Below, one piece after another: positions 37,191 to 50,049 of a stretch of DNA of 64,000 nt. The position numbers were made by a program, and so were the translations under genes. Within the stretch, counting starts at the first letter, position 1. The number at the start of each line of letters is the position of its first letter. The notes under the pieces are model-generated. The model searched no databases. It was not told the DNA's origin and saw only the letters and a program-made list of their open reading frames with translations. Origin of the DNA: Carcharhinus longimanus (Eukaryota); assembly GCA_030264375.1 (NCBI GenBank), contig JASCQW010000162.1:33705595-33769594 (forward strand), read 5' to 3'.

Positions 37191-37954
37191 AGCTATCTTT
37201 GATATGGGGTTTTGGATACAAATCTATTAGTTTTCAAAAGGGATTAGGTACTTGGGGTGATTTTAAAGTTTTGAATGGGTTTTCATGAATGGATTTTTTT
37301 TTATTAAAGTGAATGTTGTAATAGGTATTCAGATCTTTATTTTGTTTCTTCTCAGCATAGTTCCTGAAATCTGCCGATGGTATATACTAGGTGAGTTGGC
37401 GAGGTGAAAGTATGAGGTGCAGAGATGGGACATGGGCAGTGATGAGCGAATGCTCGAGGACCTAATATTTAGTAAACCAACAGGGACAAAATCTCAGATA
37501 ACCAAGGCTGGCCTTTAAAACAGCCTGTCTGACACTCAGAAGCCCTTCTGGCGACCTCTGACCTGCATCCTGGAGTGGCAGCACCAACTCCACCCCACAC
37601 TCGACCACCACCACACCACAACCCCAGGGTGAAAATCACGCCATTTGAAGCACATTCTCCCCTCACCCCTGACTTTTTTGCCAATTTTCTACTCACCTCA
37701 AAGTGAAAGTCTGGCTAATTGTGTTAGCGTGGCTTAGTTTGGCAATCTTTATTTTGCTTAGAATATCCTGAATTCAGACACATCTCCAGAATATTTTGTA
37801 ACACGTATACTGTTTGTTTATAGGGCGCGATAGAACACGATATTTGCTGTCCACAATCCATTGCACTTAAGCAAAAAAATCAAGCAATTCAAGTAAATTC
37901 CACAGCTCTTTTGTCTTGATGGCCGCCTCCATGGGGAAGTTGATGAAATCTTAC

Positions 37955-38190
37955 CTCTTAGCATCTGTGACCTGTTTGATGAAACTGTGCACTCCATGCT
38001 ATTGCACCCCAGTGATTCTCAATGTTTATGCCCCGAGTCACTTCTTCAACAGACACATGCACTGCTGTGCAGGCTCTTTCTCCAGGCTCCACGTGTTACT
38101 GCAACAGCCGACATACCTCAATCACTGCCTCACTGACATAGAGCCACCTGACACACTGCTCCTTTGGGTAAATGATGAGGACCTATAAAG
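37955..38190 (-). pseudogene. PIF/Harbinger (HARBI1-like) transposase N-terminal remnant
   Basis: EQCVRWLYVSEAVIEVCRLLQ*HVEPGERACTAVHVSV...VHSFIKQVTDA; aligns by eye with 60782-61060. Confidence 0.75.
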
Positions 38191-39029
38191 GAATGAATGG
38201 GAGGCTGCCACAAAAAAGGGTCCAAAAACAGACACAGGATCCTTATTCAAATATCCAGATTAGGCCTCATCTCCTTTTAGGCAGTCATTAGAATTGGGCA
38301 AAAGATGCCCAATCCAGTTTGACAGCAACAAATCTAAAGTAGAGTGAAAGAAATAGGTTTTCATATATTTCCCATTATCAACCACAGCATCTGGGAAAAC
38401 ATGATTTAGATACGCATAACGAGTTAGCTGTTTTCACTGTTGTAGAACATTTGAGATTAGAAAAATAAAGGTAGATCCTGGCTTATAATAAAACAATGTG
38501 ATCATGGCAACTCTCTTTATGTCCCCATACATTTGATCAAGAATGCTGCAGCACTAGGGTTGATTACTGCACCTTGTAATTTTCCTTCTTGCTCGCATTT
38601 CCCTAAGACTTTGATCTTTCACTTTACAATGAACTTTTTTCATGAAGCCATTAAATGGGAGTTAGCATCTCAGTATTAAATTTCCATTCAGAATGCACAT
38701 TCTCTTATATAAAATATCCACTGTTATATATTGCACATAATACACCTTCTCAAGCAGAACATGAAAAGCATATGGGAATCAAACCACGGCATATACTTTC
38801 AATTTTGCTGTCTGGGAGTATAGCTGGCATTGAGGATCAGCTGCTCATGATGGAAACTACTTGGATTATCAATTCTAAATATGAGGAGAATAAAGCTACA
38901 TTCTATAATGCAAAACCGACTTGCAATGCTGGTTTTGTGCCCAGATGGCAATTAGAAAATCTACCCACAAATTGCAAAGAAAACAATTATTTTCCCATAC
39001 TGGATATACAGATAGCTATTGTATGTTGG

Positions 39030-39430
39030 AAATGTTACAGTTCCTTTGTAGTTAGAGACTACTCCATTCTAGATTATAGATTGATTTCAAAAGGAGATTA
39101 GGCTTCACCAACCTTCTTGAATTCTTTGAAGAAATAACAAATGTACATGGGTAATGTGGTAGATTTAATCTATTTGGATTTTTAAAAGGTCTTTGTTGAG
39201 GTAACCCATAATAAACCCATGACTAAAGGTCAGAACATGTGGAGTCAGTGGAAAAGTGGCAGGATGATAGCAAATTGGTTACAAAACAGAAGTCGAGATT
39301 GGGGATTAAGGGCAACAATACAAACAAGGTTGGAAGTGGAGTTCCACAGGGACGAAGCATGTGTCGAGAAAAATGGTAGCATGTGCCAGTTAGGCTGAAT
39401 GGCTTATTTCTGTGTCTTAGACTTGATGTC
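39030..39430 (+). mobile_element. CR1 RT fragment, internally deleted, with 3' tail
   Basis: TNFLEFFEEIT...VVDLIYLDF*KVF and SGVPQG motifs. Confidence 0.8.
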
Positions 39431-40599
39431 GATTAATGTTCAAGATCGGTAGCATGTTTAGAATATACAGTATTCTTATATTGTAATTCTATTGGAATTG
39501 GTATTAAGATTCAAACACAGTCAAGTATATATATATAGTTTTCTTACCTACACAAAGGACTTGCGAATATGATCTTAGATGCATTTAGCAATGCTATGTC
39601 CTAGCTAACAACTAAATTCTTATTAGCATTTGATGCTTAGAGCATATAATAAACTAATCTACAAGCATGTATGACACTTAAAATTTACACACTTACTGTA
39701 CATCAGGTTCATTAATAATGTGTTCATAGCGACCTAGCAAAGTCTCTTTCGAACATAAAGTGCATACTGTGTAGGAAACCCCATTGCTTTGGTTGGATCC
39801 TCACACTTAATGGTACATTTCAGTTCTACAGCATATTACATTCAGCGCTCCCTGTGCTATATTGATATAAAGGGAAAACAAGTCACTGATATTCTAGTTT
39901 ACAGAAAGCTATTAAATCCGCTCTACATTTGTTTTCTATGCTCAGTTGTCCAGAAAATGGTCAATATGTGTTTCATTTAGAGGAACAATAGGAATTCCTT
40001 TGCACATACTTCTCGATTTGCAAATTGTAGGAGAAGGAGAGGAGAAACAGAATCAAAAAGTAGCATTCAAGGAAGGTGATTTTGTACCTGATGATGATCA
40101 CTGAGTTTCCATATTGTGGATATAGACCCAAACATTCACATCTGATGATGACACACAAATGATAAAGATCTATTCTTCCTCAGAGCTGCTTCAATAACAG
40201 GGATGGCTCTGTGCATCTTGAGCTTTTATGCAATCAGGTTATTTTAAGCAATAGTGGCAGACTGCTATTAGCAAATCAACTAGCTTGAGATTTACATTTG
40301 TATCATGTACTTCAGATACCTTGTTTTCCTAGATATCTCAATTCTCTTGCCTGTCTTTTCCAAGCGATTGAAGGAGTATGCATGCAACAGATATAGAGAT
40401 GCAGTCATCACCATAATGATAATTTCATAATTAATTATTAAACTCCTAGTTCCAACTATCGCACTTGTATTTCAGCATAGTGGAAGTCAATTGCCACAAG
40501 TAAGCGAGCAAATGCTTTATGGGAGCAACTGACACCACTGAAACTGTAAATGGCTGCACAACCTCACAAGAGTAGCATATGGTAGCATAATGCTACACT

Positions 40600-40980
40600 A
40601 AGTGGATAAGGGAATAGGATTCTTGCAGGTGAATCCTTTCTAATCCAGAATGTGAATAGCTCAACAAGGGAAGAATTTCTGTTAGACCTAGTCATGGAAA
40701 TGAACCAGAACAGATAAATAAGGGAAAATTGAGATAATAGTGACTTTAACATAAAGATAATAGTTGAGAAGAACATATGTATGACAAAAAAACTAATGAA
40801 TTGGTTAAAAGGTGATTTTTAGCAGCAAAGATCGGAACTTGGGAAAACAAAATGGGCACAAATATTGGAAAAAACAATGTACTAAAATAATACAAAACGT
40901 TTTAAATGTGTTCAAAAGGTTGGAAGAAAAATACATTCCACTGAATGGAAACAACAAATGAAATACTAATAGACCGTGGC
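40600..40980 (+). mobile_element. CR1 endonuclease C-terminal fragment
   Basis: ESFLIQNVNSSTREEFLLDLVM motif (PTR..ILDL.L region of CR1 APE). Confidence 0.65.
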
Positions 40981-41713
40981 AAGACCGGAAGATCTCTCCC
41001 TCAGTGAATGGCACACTGCTACCCACCATGAGAAACATATGATAGGCAAATCAGTGAACACTCTGCCCCTTTATATTAGTAAAGTACCATTCACAATTAT
41101 TCCACATCCAGCGATTTAAAGTTGTTTGAACCATGAGTGTGTTCGGCTCATGGATCATGGACTCGTCACTACAAAACATCAGGGAATGTGGCCAAAACTC
41201 TGAGGCTGAAATTTTAATACTATCAGACACAATTCTCCTGCTTCATCTATTTTGAAATTCTCACTGCTTTAACTCGGATAAATAAAGATGATTCAGTCAA
41301 ATATTTAAAAACAAATGTTCAGGCCCTGTAGGGTCAAGAAAACAGTGATAGCAGTAAATAAAATGCAATTGTACTTCCGTGAAAATGGCGACTATTGTTC
41401 TTCGATTTGAAAAGACATGACCTCACAGAAACTTCATGCATAGAGAATACAGGAAAAAAATAATATTGGAAACCAAGATGTTTATGCAGAAACCTTTAGG
41501 TCATAAAGCTAAATGGTGGTTGTCAACTGCTGATACATTGTACATGTAAGCTAGACTGAATGACTGTAGTAAATACTAGTTATCAAATTCTTCACTGACA
41601 CTTACCTGTACTTAAGTTTCAACAAACACTTCCTGGATAGTGAGAACAACCACTCCCCTTTGCTCCAGTGTACTCTCACTGTTTTACTGTCGGTTGAAGT
41701 TGTCATGTGAGTC

Positions 41714-42017
41714 TTTTTTACTCAGTTGTGGGACATGACCAGCATTTATTGCTCATCCCTAGTTGCCCAAGGGCAGTTGAGAGTCTGCTGTGGACACATT
41801 GCTGTGGATCTGGAGTCACATGTAGGCTAGACTAGATAAGGATAGCAGGTTTCCTTCCCTAAAGGACATTTGTGAACCAGATGGGCTTTTCCAACAATTG
41901 ATAATAGTTTCATAGTCATGCGTAGATTCTTATTTTCAGACATGTTTTATTGAATTCAAATTTCACCACCTGCCTTGACGGGATTCGAACCCAGGTCCCC
42001 AGAACATTAGTTGAGTT
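41714..42017 (-). mobile_element. Meta/SlmI-like SINE
   Basis: Minus-strand B box GGTTCGAATCCC, Meta core and tail shared with the LINE 3' end at 31290-31380. Confidence 0.8.
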
Positions 42018-42430
42018 ATCAAGTTCTGTGTAGGAATTATATACATAGTGGCTACAGCCCAAACAAAACACTAATTAATATAGACTTTTGAAATACTGAA
42101 CCAAAAATAAAAGTGCTTTTTACAGTGACCAGATTTCATCAGTTTAACAGTTTCTTCAGTATAGATGCATTGGGATCAGTTGTCAAGCTTTAGGTTATTT
42201 GTTCCAAGATCAGTTATTGAAATGTTTAAATATTGGAGCACAATTCTGCTGTAGGATCTAACAGTCTGCAATTTGACTATTCTCTGTACCCTACAGCTGA
42301 AAACAATTTTGGTCACAAAGCTGCTCAATGTGTGAGTTAGTAACATTGCAATGAAGGAATCAGGGCAGCTGGAAACTGAATGAATCAAGTAACTAATATG
42401 ATATATTCTTAACCAGTGTTATTAAAATAG

Positions 42431-42779
42431 TTTTTTTTTTAAATTCATTCATGGGCATTGCTGGCTGGTCAGCATTTATTACCCATGGGCAGTTGAGAGT
42501 CAACCACTTTGCTGTGGCTCTAGAGTCACATGTAGGCTAGATCAGGTAAGGATGGCAGATTTCCTTCCCTTAAGGACATTAGTGAAGTAAATGAGTTTTT
42601 GTTTTCAAACAAATGATAATAATTTCATGGTCATCAGCAGATACTTAATTCCAGATACTTTTTATTGAATTCAAATTCCACCAGCTGCTGTGACAGGATT
42701 TGAATCCTGGTCTCCAGAACATTAGTTGAACTTCTGGATTAGTCATCCAGTAGTAATACCACTTGGCCATTGCCTACCC
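42431..42779 (-). mobile_element. Meta/SlmI-like SINE, full length
   Basis: Minus-strand A box TGGCCAAGTGG, B box GATTCAAATCC, Meta core, tail and poly(A). Confidence 0.85.
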
Positions 42780-43449
42780 CTGAAAAGTAATAAGACTATG
42801 AAGGAGTATGAATTAAAGGGAAAATTTCAATGTCAAATCAAGTATAGATCAACAGCTAAAGATCATGAATAGAAGATTGGCTTGGATTAAAGGCAAGAAT
42901 AGAAAAAAGGAAAGGCAAAGCAGGAAGATAAATGTTTAACATTTCAAAAACAACATTTTAAAAGTCTCCTAAAGCAATTCACAGCCTGAAAGTGTGAAAC
43001 GTGGTACTACTAACAATTAATTTTCCATGTTACAGTGGTTGATCACAAGCGTGCTTACATTTGTAATTATTCATTCTAAGTATCTGCGGCAGACTTAGTT
43101 CATACCTACAGCTCAAATACAGTAGTGTCACGAAATTCAATGGGAGAGTTCTGGTGACAGCATGGCTCTTATTGAAAATTAGCTTTGCATCTATGCCCAG
43201 CTTTCTGACAGTAGTCATGCCCTGTCAGGAAATTCTATCCCTTGTGCTTTAGTAGCCAGCCTGTGAGCTGACTCTGGGTGGAATAAAGGGAGCAGAGACT
43301 GGTGCAGGACTAATGAATCATGATTGCTGCTAGAAAACTGGGCACAGGCATACATATTGCACTGCTTGTGTTTGCAAGGAAGTTTTGCACTCAAATAGTA
43401 ATATCCACTTCTACTGAAGAGTGCAGGATGATGTGGATGCCATCTGTTC

Positions 43450-43760
43450 TAATGAGAAAGCCTTGAAGATAGGAAAAGTCTCTCTCATCCTGTTTCACTC
43501 TTGTCCATAAAGAATGGAATGCATGTGTTCATCTTGTAGTTTTTCATCACTCCACACACAGCAAACTGCAATATGTCACTTGTGTTATCTATTGCACTCT
43601 GAAATAATGCTGTGGTGTAATATGTAAGGATCAAGTAAGCTAGGCAGCCACGGAAAGAGCAATATGTATCCTGGTTTGGGTATCCAGTTTGTGGCAGTTT
43701 GTATCCTTGATGAAGCACAGGCATTTGAAGTACTTTCTGAAGACCCACTGTGGCAATGGT
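43450..43760 (-). pseudogene. PIF/Harbinger transposase N-terminal remnant
   Basis: ILTYYTTALFQSAIDNTSDILQFAVCGVMK...IPFFMDK resembles the HARBI1-family AL.F.A.GSFQ...GD...ISQ helix-turn-helix. Confidence 0.6.
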
Positions 43761-44927
43761 TTATGTGGTAACTTGGGCTTACAAATAAGCTGGTCAAATG
43801 CATCGTTTGAAGATTGATCTTCAAGTAATGTTGTTTAACAACAGAACACAGCAGAACAGTAATAACTATGAAAACAGGAAACAAGTAAAACAGGTCTAGC
43901 TTGCAGAACGCTCCCCTGCAGAATTAAAAACCCTCCAAAGACCTGCACGTCTTCAACAGATGCCAGTAAAGCAATTATATAGGAGAAAAAACTCCTAAGT
44001 ACACTCTGTACTCAAAATGACAGCTTTTTATGCAGTATTTTGCTCCTCCCAATTCTCTCAGCTCCTTCTGCTATCTGTCTCCTGTTTTCTTTGCTGTTTC
44101 TCCTCAAATGCAATACTGCCAGACCACCTGTGATGGGAATAAACCCTTTTTAAAACAGCCAGGATAAAATTGTTCCCAGAAATCAGGATTTACTTGTGGA
44201 ATGCAGAAAATAGCTGTAAAAAAAACAGCCCAGAAGTTAATTAGCAGCTGAATAGGAGAAACCAGCAGCAAACCTGTATGGAAGAGTTCAGCCCTCTAAA
44301 TAGCTCTTCTGCAGATTCCTTGATGACTGTAACTGTGTGATGTTATCATGACTATTGCAGGACCCTTTTTTAAATATTGTACTGTGTTACCTGACTTGTT
44401 ACAGCACGCAACATGGATGCCAATAGATTAGCCCAAATTAACATAGTTGGTGACAATCTTTCGGCATGGAATGGACAAGCATTTGCTGTCTGTCATATTT
44501 GGTGCTTACTTTATGCCTGTAAAATTGATGCTTGTGGTTGCATTTCTTGGGAATGGGATGTGTATAAGATATCTGAAAAGCCACAATTATTTCTTCTGAA
44601 TTACTATTTCCACAATAGTAGTGTAATTCTGACTGCTTGCAGTTTGCCCATAAGTGATGAAAACTCATCTGACCCCTGAGTCCTCAAATCACTAATCACA
44701 CAGGCAATCAGCGATGGCAAATATAACAAAAAGAATGCCTTTAAATTTTGTCAGTGCACATTTCCTCATTTCAAGTAGAATTGGAGATAAGGACTTATTG
44801 CATGATCAAGCAATGTTAAACACAATTTATACTGAGTAAAAAAGCTAATCACTCGTCAATTCATGGCAAAGTAGCCATTTCATTTCCCGATCTTGAAAAA
44901 AGATAAAGCTCCTCATTTGGATTAGAA

Positions 44928-45668
44928 ATTCATAAAACCATAGAATTACTACAGTACAAAAGGAAGCCATTTGGCCCATCGAGTCTGCACCGAATCTCTG
45001 ACAAAATGATTTACCCAGGTCTTTTCCCCTGTCCTATTCACACAACCCCTCACATTTCCCATGGCTAATCCATCTAATCTACATATTTTATTTGCTGATG
45101 ACACCAAGATTGGTGGAACGGCAAATTGTGTGGAGGGTGTGGAGAATCTGCAGAAGGATCTAGAAAGGCTGGGCGAATGGGCCAGGAACTGGCAAATGGA
45201 ATTTAATGTTGGCAAATGTGAAGTTGTCCACTTTAGTAGGAATAATGGTAGGAAGGACTATTACTTACATGGCGAAAAACTGCAGCATGCGACGGTGCAG
45301 AGGGACCTCGGGNNNNNNNNNNNNNNNNNNNNNNNNNNNNNNNNNNNNNNNNNNNNNNNNNNNNNNNNNNNNNNNNNNNNNNNNNNNNNNNNNNNNNNNN
45401 NNNNNNNNNNNNGGCTGCCTCGCTCAATATTTTTAAGACGCGGGTTGATAGGTTTTTGATAGGCAAGGGGATTAAGGGTTATGGGGAGAAGGCGGGAATG
45501 TGGAACTGAGACACGACAGATCAGCCATGATCTTATTGAACGGCGGGGCAGGCTCGAGGGGCTAGATGGCCTACTCCCGCTCCTATTTCTTATGTTCTTA
45601 TGTTCTTATATCCTGGGATGCTAAGGGGCAATTTAGTGTGGCCAATCCAACTAACCTGCACCTAACCT
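44928..45668 (-). mobile_element. HE1 V-SINE 3' half (tail type A) split by a CR1 insertion
   Basis: SINE sequence stops at CTAATCTACATAT (45086) and resumes at ATATCCTGGGATGCTAAGGGGCAATTTAG (45608). Confidence 0.8.
45087..45607 (+). mobile_element. Young 5'-truncated CR1 LINE with an internal gap
   Basis: Open frame LFADDTKIGGTANCVEGVENLQKDLERLGEWARNWQMEFNVGKCEVVHFSRNN...QRDLG (RT FADD motif); intact tail; ATAT duplicated at both ends. Confidence 0.93.
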
Positions 45669-46070
45669 GCTCACACTCAAATGTCATGGATAAACGTAAG
45701 CAGCATGTATTCCTTAGCATTGTCACCACATACAACACTCGCCAGAGGTCATGTCCTTTCACCTAACTGAGTGGAAAGGGCATGACTTTTTCCATTCGAG
45801 TGGAAACTTTCAGTGAATTGCTAGAAAATACCATTCAATCTCTTTTTAGCTGGCTCACTTAAGAAAAATAAAAACCCTTAATGCCAATACAGATGAAAAA
45901 CATTTTTGGAAAATACCAGTGATAATTTTCCACTCGTATGGAGACAGGCAGTTAAATTCACTCACAGGATTCATCCCCTGCTATATGACTGATTTCCCAT
46001 CGACATTGTTTTACACCACTCTTCTGAGGAGGAAAGGACACACACCAAAAATTGCTAAAGTCCTGCATTT

Positions 46071-46403
46071 GGGTGGCACGGTGGCACAATGGTTAGCACT
46101 ACAGCCTCACAGTGCCAGGGATTTCCGGCTTGGGTCACTGTCTGTGCAGCGTTTGCACATTCTCCCCATATCTGTGTGTGTTTCCTCCGAATGCTCCAGT
46201 TTCCTCCCACACTCCAAAAATGTGTGGGTTAGGTTGAAAGGTTATGCTCAATTACCCCTTAGTATCCCAGGATGTGAAGGTTAGAGGATTAATGGGGTAA
46301 GTATGTGGGATTGTAGGATGGGGCCTGGGTGGAATTGTTGGCGGTGCAGACACGATGGGCTGAATGGCCTCCCTCTGCACTATAGGGATTTTATTCTATC
46401 CTA
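46071..46403 (+). mobile_element. HE1 V-SINE, full length, CR1-type tail (type A)
   Basis: GGGTGGCACGGTGGCACAATGG head, V-domain, tail GATGGGCTGAATGGCCTCCCTCTGCACTATAGGGATT. Confidence 0.9.
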
Positions 46404-46425
46404 TGCTAAACTATCATAGATCATA

Positions 46426-47221
46426 CTGTATACATTAACCTTTGAAAAATCTTTCCACTTTCACCTTGTTAATGCCATCGGCAGCACATGCTGCGGCAGG
46501 AGTAGTACGCATCCACAGCACCAACCCCCACCCCCACATTAAATTCCACTTATACTGTGTCATATTCCATTTGATGAAATAATAATTCCACCCAATGTGT
46601 TACATTTTATTTAATGAAATGATTCTACAAGGATAATTGAACCACAATCATAGTGTTTCAAAATTGCCAAATTCATCACCTTTGGCATTTGACACAAGGA
46701 GTTCATCAAATTCAACCTGATTATGTTGGTTACGGTATCATCATAGGAACCCATGGATCAGATGTGCTGATGGTTCCATAATCATCCCTCCACAACAATA
46801 CATCGTCCTCTTCGTGCATTGAATTGGAAATTCCACATTGTTTGAAAGATCTGAAGGCAGTTTGTGCAATAATAATCTTGCACGATTTGATGACAAAATC
46901 ACATGAAATGTCAAATGGAGCAGTGCCAATATATCCACTATGTGTGGCCACGCCTTAAATGGTTGCATATCTTTGTGGCAACATGGCCTGTATCTCCTGT
47001 TTGATCCCATGGCTCTACAAAGCAAGTTTAACTCTCAACATATATCTCTGAACAAAAAAATAGAGACAGACCCTAATGCAAGTGTGGCCATAAACATGTA
47101 TTTATGAACTGAAAAATGGAGTATTGGCCTGTATAAAATGTGTAGGCGTAAACATGCATTGTCACACTAAAATGTGTGGTTACTTTATATGCCAGATTGA
47201 CTTATACACCATGATCTGCAG
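46426..47221 (-). mobile_element. Internally deleted pogo/Tigger DNA transposon
   Basis: ORF 46730-46951 has CDFVIKSC...FRSFKQCGISNSMHEEDDVLLW (pogo SFKKCGISN..DG.EDD.LW motif); TA on both sides; degenerate CTGTATA/CTGCAGA termini and ACTTATAC subterminal motifs. Confidence 0.75.
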
Positions 47222-47304
47222 TATGAGTTCTGGTGACGTATTATAGCCTTACTACAAGTTTAATCATGAGCATGATTGGAAGAGTGGTTTTGGTTTTCCA
47301 AGCA

Positions 47305-47501
47305 GAGTTCAATGATGTGCAGGTTAGATGGATTGACCATATTAAATTGCCCCTTAGGGTCCCAGGATGCATGGGTTAGGGGGATTATGGGATAAATACA
47401 TGGGATTATGGGTTTAGGGCCTGGGTAGGTTACTCTGTTGAAGTGTCTGTGCAGACTGGATGGATCCAATGGCCTCCTTCAGCATTGTAGGGATTCTATG
47501 A
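47305..47501 (+). mobile_element. HE1 V-SINE 3' half, tail type A
   Basis: GATGTGCAGGTTAGATGGATTGACCAT...AATGGCCTCCTTCAGCATTGTAGGGATTCTATG. Confidence 0.85.
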
Positions 47502-48354
47502 AAGCAGCCAGTCCGCAGGAATTTAACAAAAGTTGTATTATGTTTACCTTTTTCCATTTTCCTGGAGGGACAAAGGGAATCTGGAGTCCTCCTCCTCAAA
47601 CCATATCGCTGCAATTTACCCACGTCAGGCATTCTTTCCTTAATTCCTAGGCACAGTTTCTAACTACTTGGTGTTGTTGCCTTGCATGTTGTCATTCATT
47701 TAACAATTCCGACCAGTTTTGGGCAGAAAACTCACCGAGGTCATGTAAATGGGCCTAAGGGTTAAAAGCTCCCAGTTCTCATGGTGCTTTGTCCAAGGTA
47801 ATTTATCATCTGCCTCTGCCCCTGTCTGTCTGATTCCCATTCTACTTAAAATTGGGGCGATTTATTTGGCACTAATTTTAATCCTGATGCTCTTTATGTG
47901 GTTTATTTTAATTCAATTAGGCAATTGAACTTCCACTAAACTTTTTTTTCATTACGTTTTCTCACTTCCCTGCCCTCCACTCCCCGCACACACAACCCTC
48001 TCCCCTCTCTTTCTTGTTACAATCCTGTTAGAGACTTTGAATAGAAATCCAAACACCTCATTTTAGTCAATAGAACTATGCCACAAGATTTGCACAAGAA
48101 TTATGTAAGAATTAAGAACAGGAAAAACAAGCTTTATTTTAATCACTGATTCAGTCTTCTATTTATATTAAATAAACTGCAAATAATAGAACCCAGTTCC
48201 CAGTCTCCGACTAAATCTGAGAAAAGTCTCTGATGTCAGAAAGAAGCGGAAGTCCCAAAGTAAACAGCCCCCACCTCCAGGCCCTCCGCATGGCTGCCTT
48301 GCTGCTGACCCTTGAGAAGGTTCTGCAGTTAAAGGGAATCTAGTTCTACTCTTA

Positions 48355-49765
48355 TGTTATCATACAATCTTAACCTGAGCTTAAGCAATACATAATTTGA
48401 AAGTTTACCTGAGGCTGTGACTTATGATGTTTCCAGCCCCTGTCTCTGAGCTATAAGCTTTGTTCACAATTCATTACGGGCGACACGGTGGCAAAGTGGT
48501 TAGCACTGCCGCTTCACAGTGCCAGGGATACGGGTCAGTTCCAGCCTTAGATGACTGTCTTGTGGTGTTTGCACGTTCTCCATGTGTATGAGTGGCTTTC
48601 TTCCTGGTGCTTCGGTATGTTAAAGGCGTGTGGTTAGGTGCATTGACCATGCTAAATATTCCCTCAGTGTACCCAAACAGGCGACGGAATGTGGCAATTA
48701 GGAGCTTTTTCGCAGTAACTTCATTGCATTGCTAATATAAACCTAATATGTGACTAATAAATCAGTAAATAAACTTTATAAAACTCCTCAGTTGGTCAGA
48801 ATTAGGTTAATTTAAAAAAGGATCTTTTCCCTTGTGGATCCCAGTCCAAATATATTTATATTTAATAAGGACCCAATTTAATCAGGCTTTCTTGAGTTAA
48901 AGAATGAATGAATTCATTAGTTACTAAAACGCAAGACGATAATAATAAAATGCAACATATATACACACAGATTGGAAATGTGATGTGAGTCATAAAATAA
49001 AAGTTAAAAACAGATAAAGAAATCAGTATTTGGCTTGTCTATGAGGGGTAGATGGTGAAACATTGCAGCCAAAAAGTTGGATGACCCCAGGAGATCTGAT
49101 TTTGACAATTGAGCAGTTGGTTTGGAGATTCTTGGTTTTGTGGGTTAGCTGAAATAAGTTGTCCTGTTCCCTATTCAAATGTGACTTTGCTGACTTGCAA
49201 CTTGCTTCCAGCAATCAGAGAGATAGACTATTTTACCTGAAAGCACAGGGATACCAAGTGAATGTTCTTCATTACTGACCTTCAAAGCATTCACTACCAC
49301 ATTAGAACTAGCACACCAGATCAATACACACAAAATAGGTTTGCAGTTGTTACTTTTTTTAACCCTTTTCCTTGAGTATTCCTGGAAGAGGAAAAGCATG
49401 AACATATCTTTGGCCCAGAAGTCGTTTTCTTTCAATTCACATCATGTTCGCAGTCTGGGATATAACTCACACAAGATGGATTCTGTTCAGAGAAACAACC
49501 TGACTGGAAGGATTGTAGACCTCATGTCTTCAGCGAAAGGCCCACAGATTGGTCATATGTTTTTCAAGTTTCTCCGCTTGCTATTTTATGATTTTACCTT
49601 TCTAGCTATTAATCTCTTAAGCTGACATGGTCCTAACCTTTTAAGTGTAATGGGCTCCAAGCTCGTTTTAATGGCATTTACCCAACTTTCTAGTTAAAAC
49701 TTTAATTCATACAATTAAAATTATATTTCTAAAACAAATGAACTACAAACTAGATATTCACAACA
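48355..49765. mobile_element. Possible long solo LTR containing a V-SINE
   Basis: Begins TGTTAT and ends ACAACA; the interior is non-coding; no convincing TSD. Confidence 0.3.
48478..48777 (+). mobile_element. HE1-type V-SINE, tail type B
   Basis: GGGCGACACGGTGGCAAAGTGGTTAGCAC head and type-B tail. Confidence 0.88.
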
Positions 49766-50049
49766 TCCTGAACATTGATTCCTGCTGGATTGCAGCACCA
49801 AGTGCACTCTTAAGCAACCATTATTTAGATGTAACCTGAAAATGAACATAGATGCCCACAGATGGTTTCACCATGCACATGGCCACTCTCTTACCCAGGT
49901 GACTGGATATCAGTCAAATGTGGGATCCTAACCAATCAACTTACCCATTAACCAGGCAAATTGTGGATTCTCTGCTGCCATTAAGATCATTTGATGCAGA
50001 GAGCAGGAATCAAGCGGCAAAACCATCTGAATTGTCAACTCTATTACAT

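Noticed and set aside
38655-39101. 148-aa ORF as a CDS
   Set aside because: No recognisable domain, intergenic-like composition, and its end runs into a CR1 fragment.
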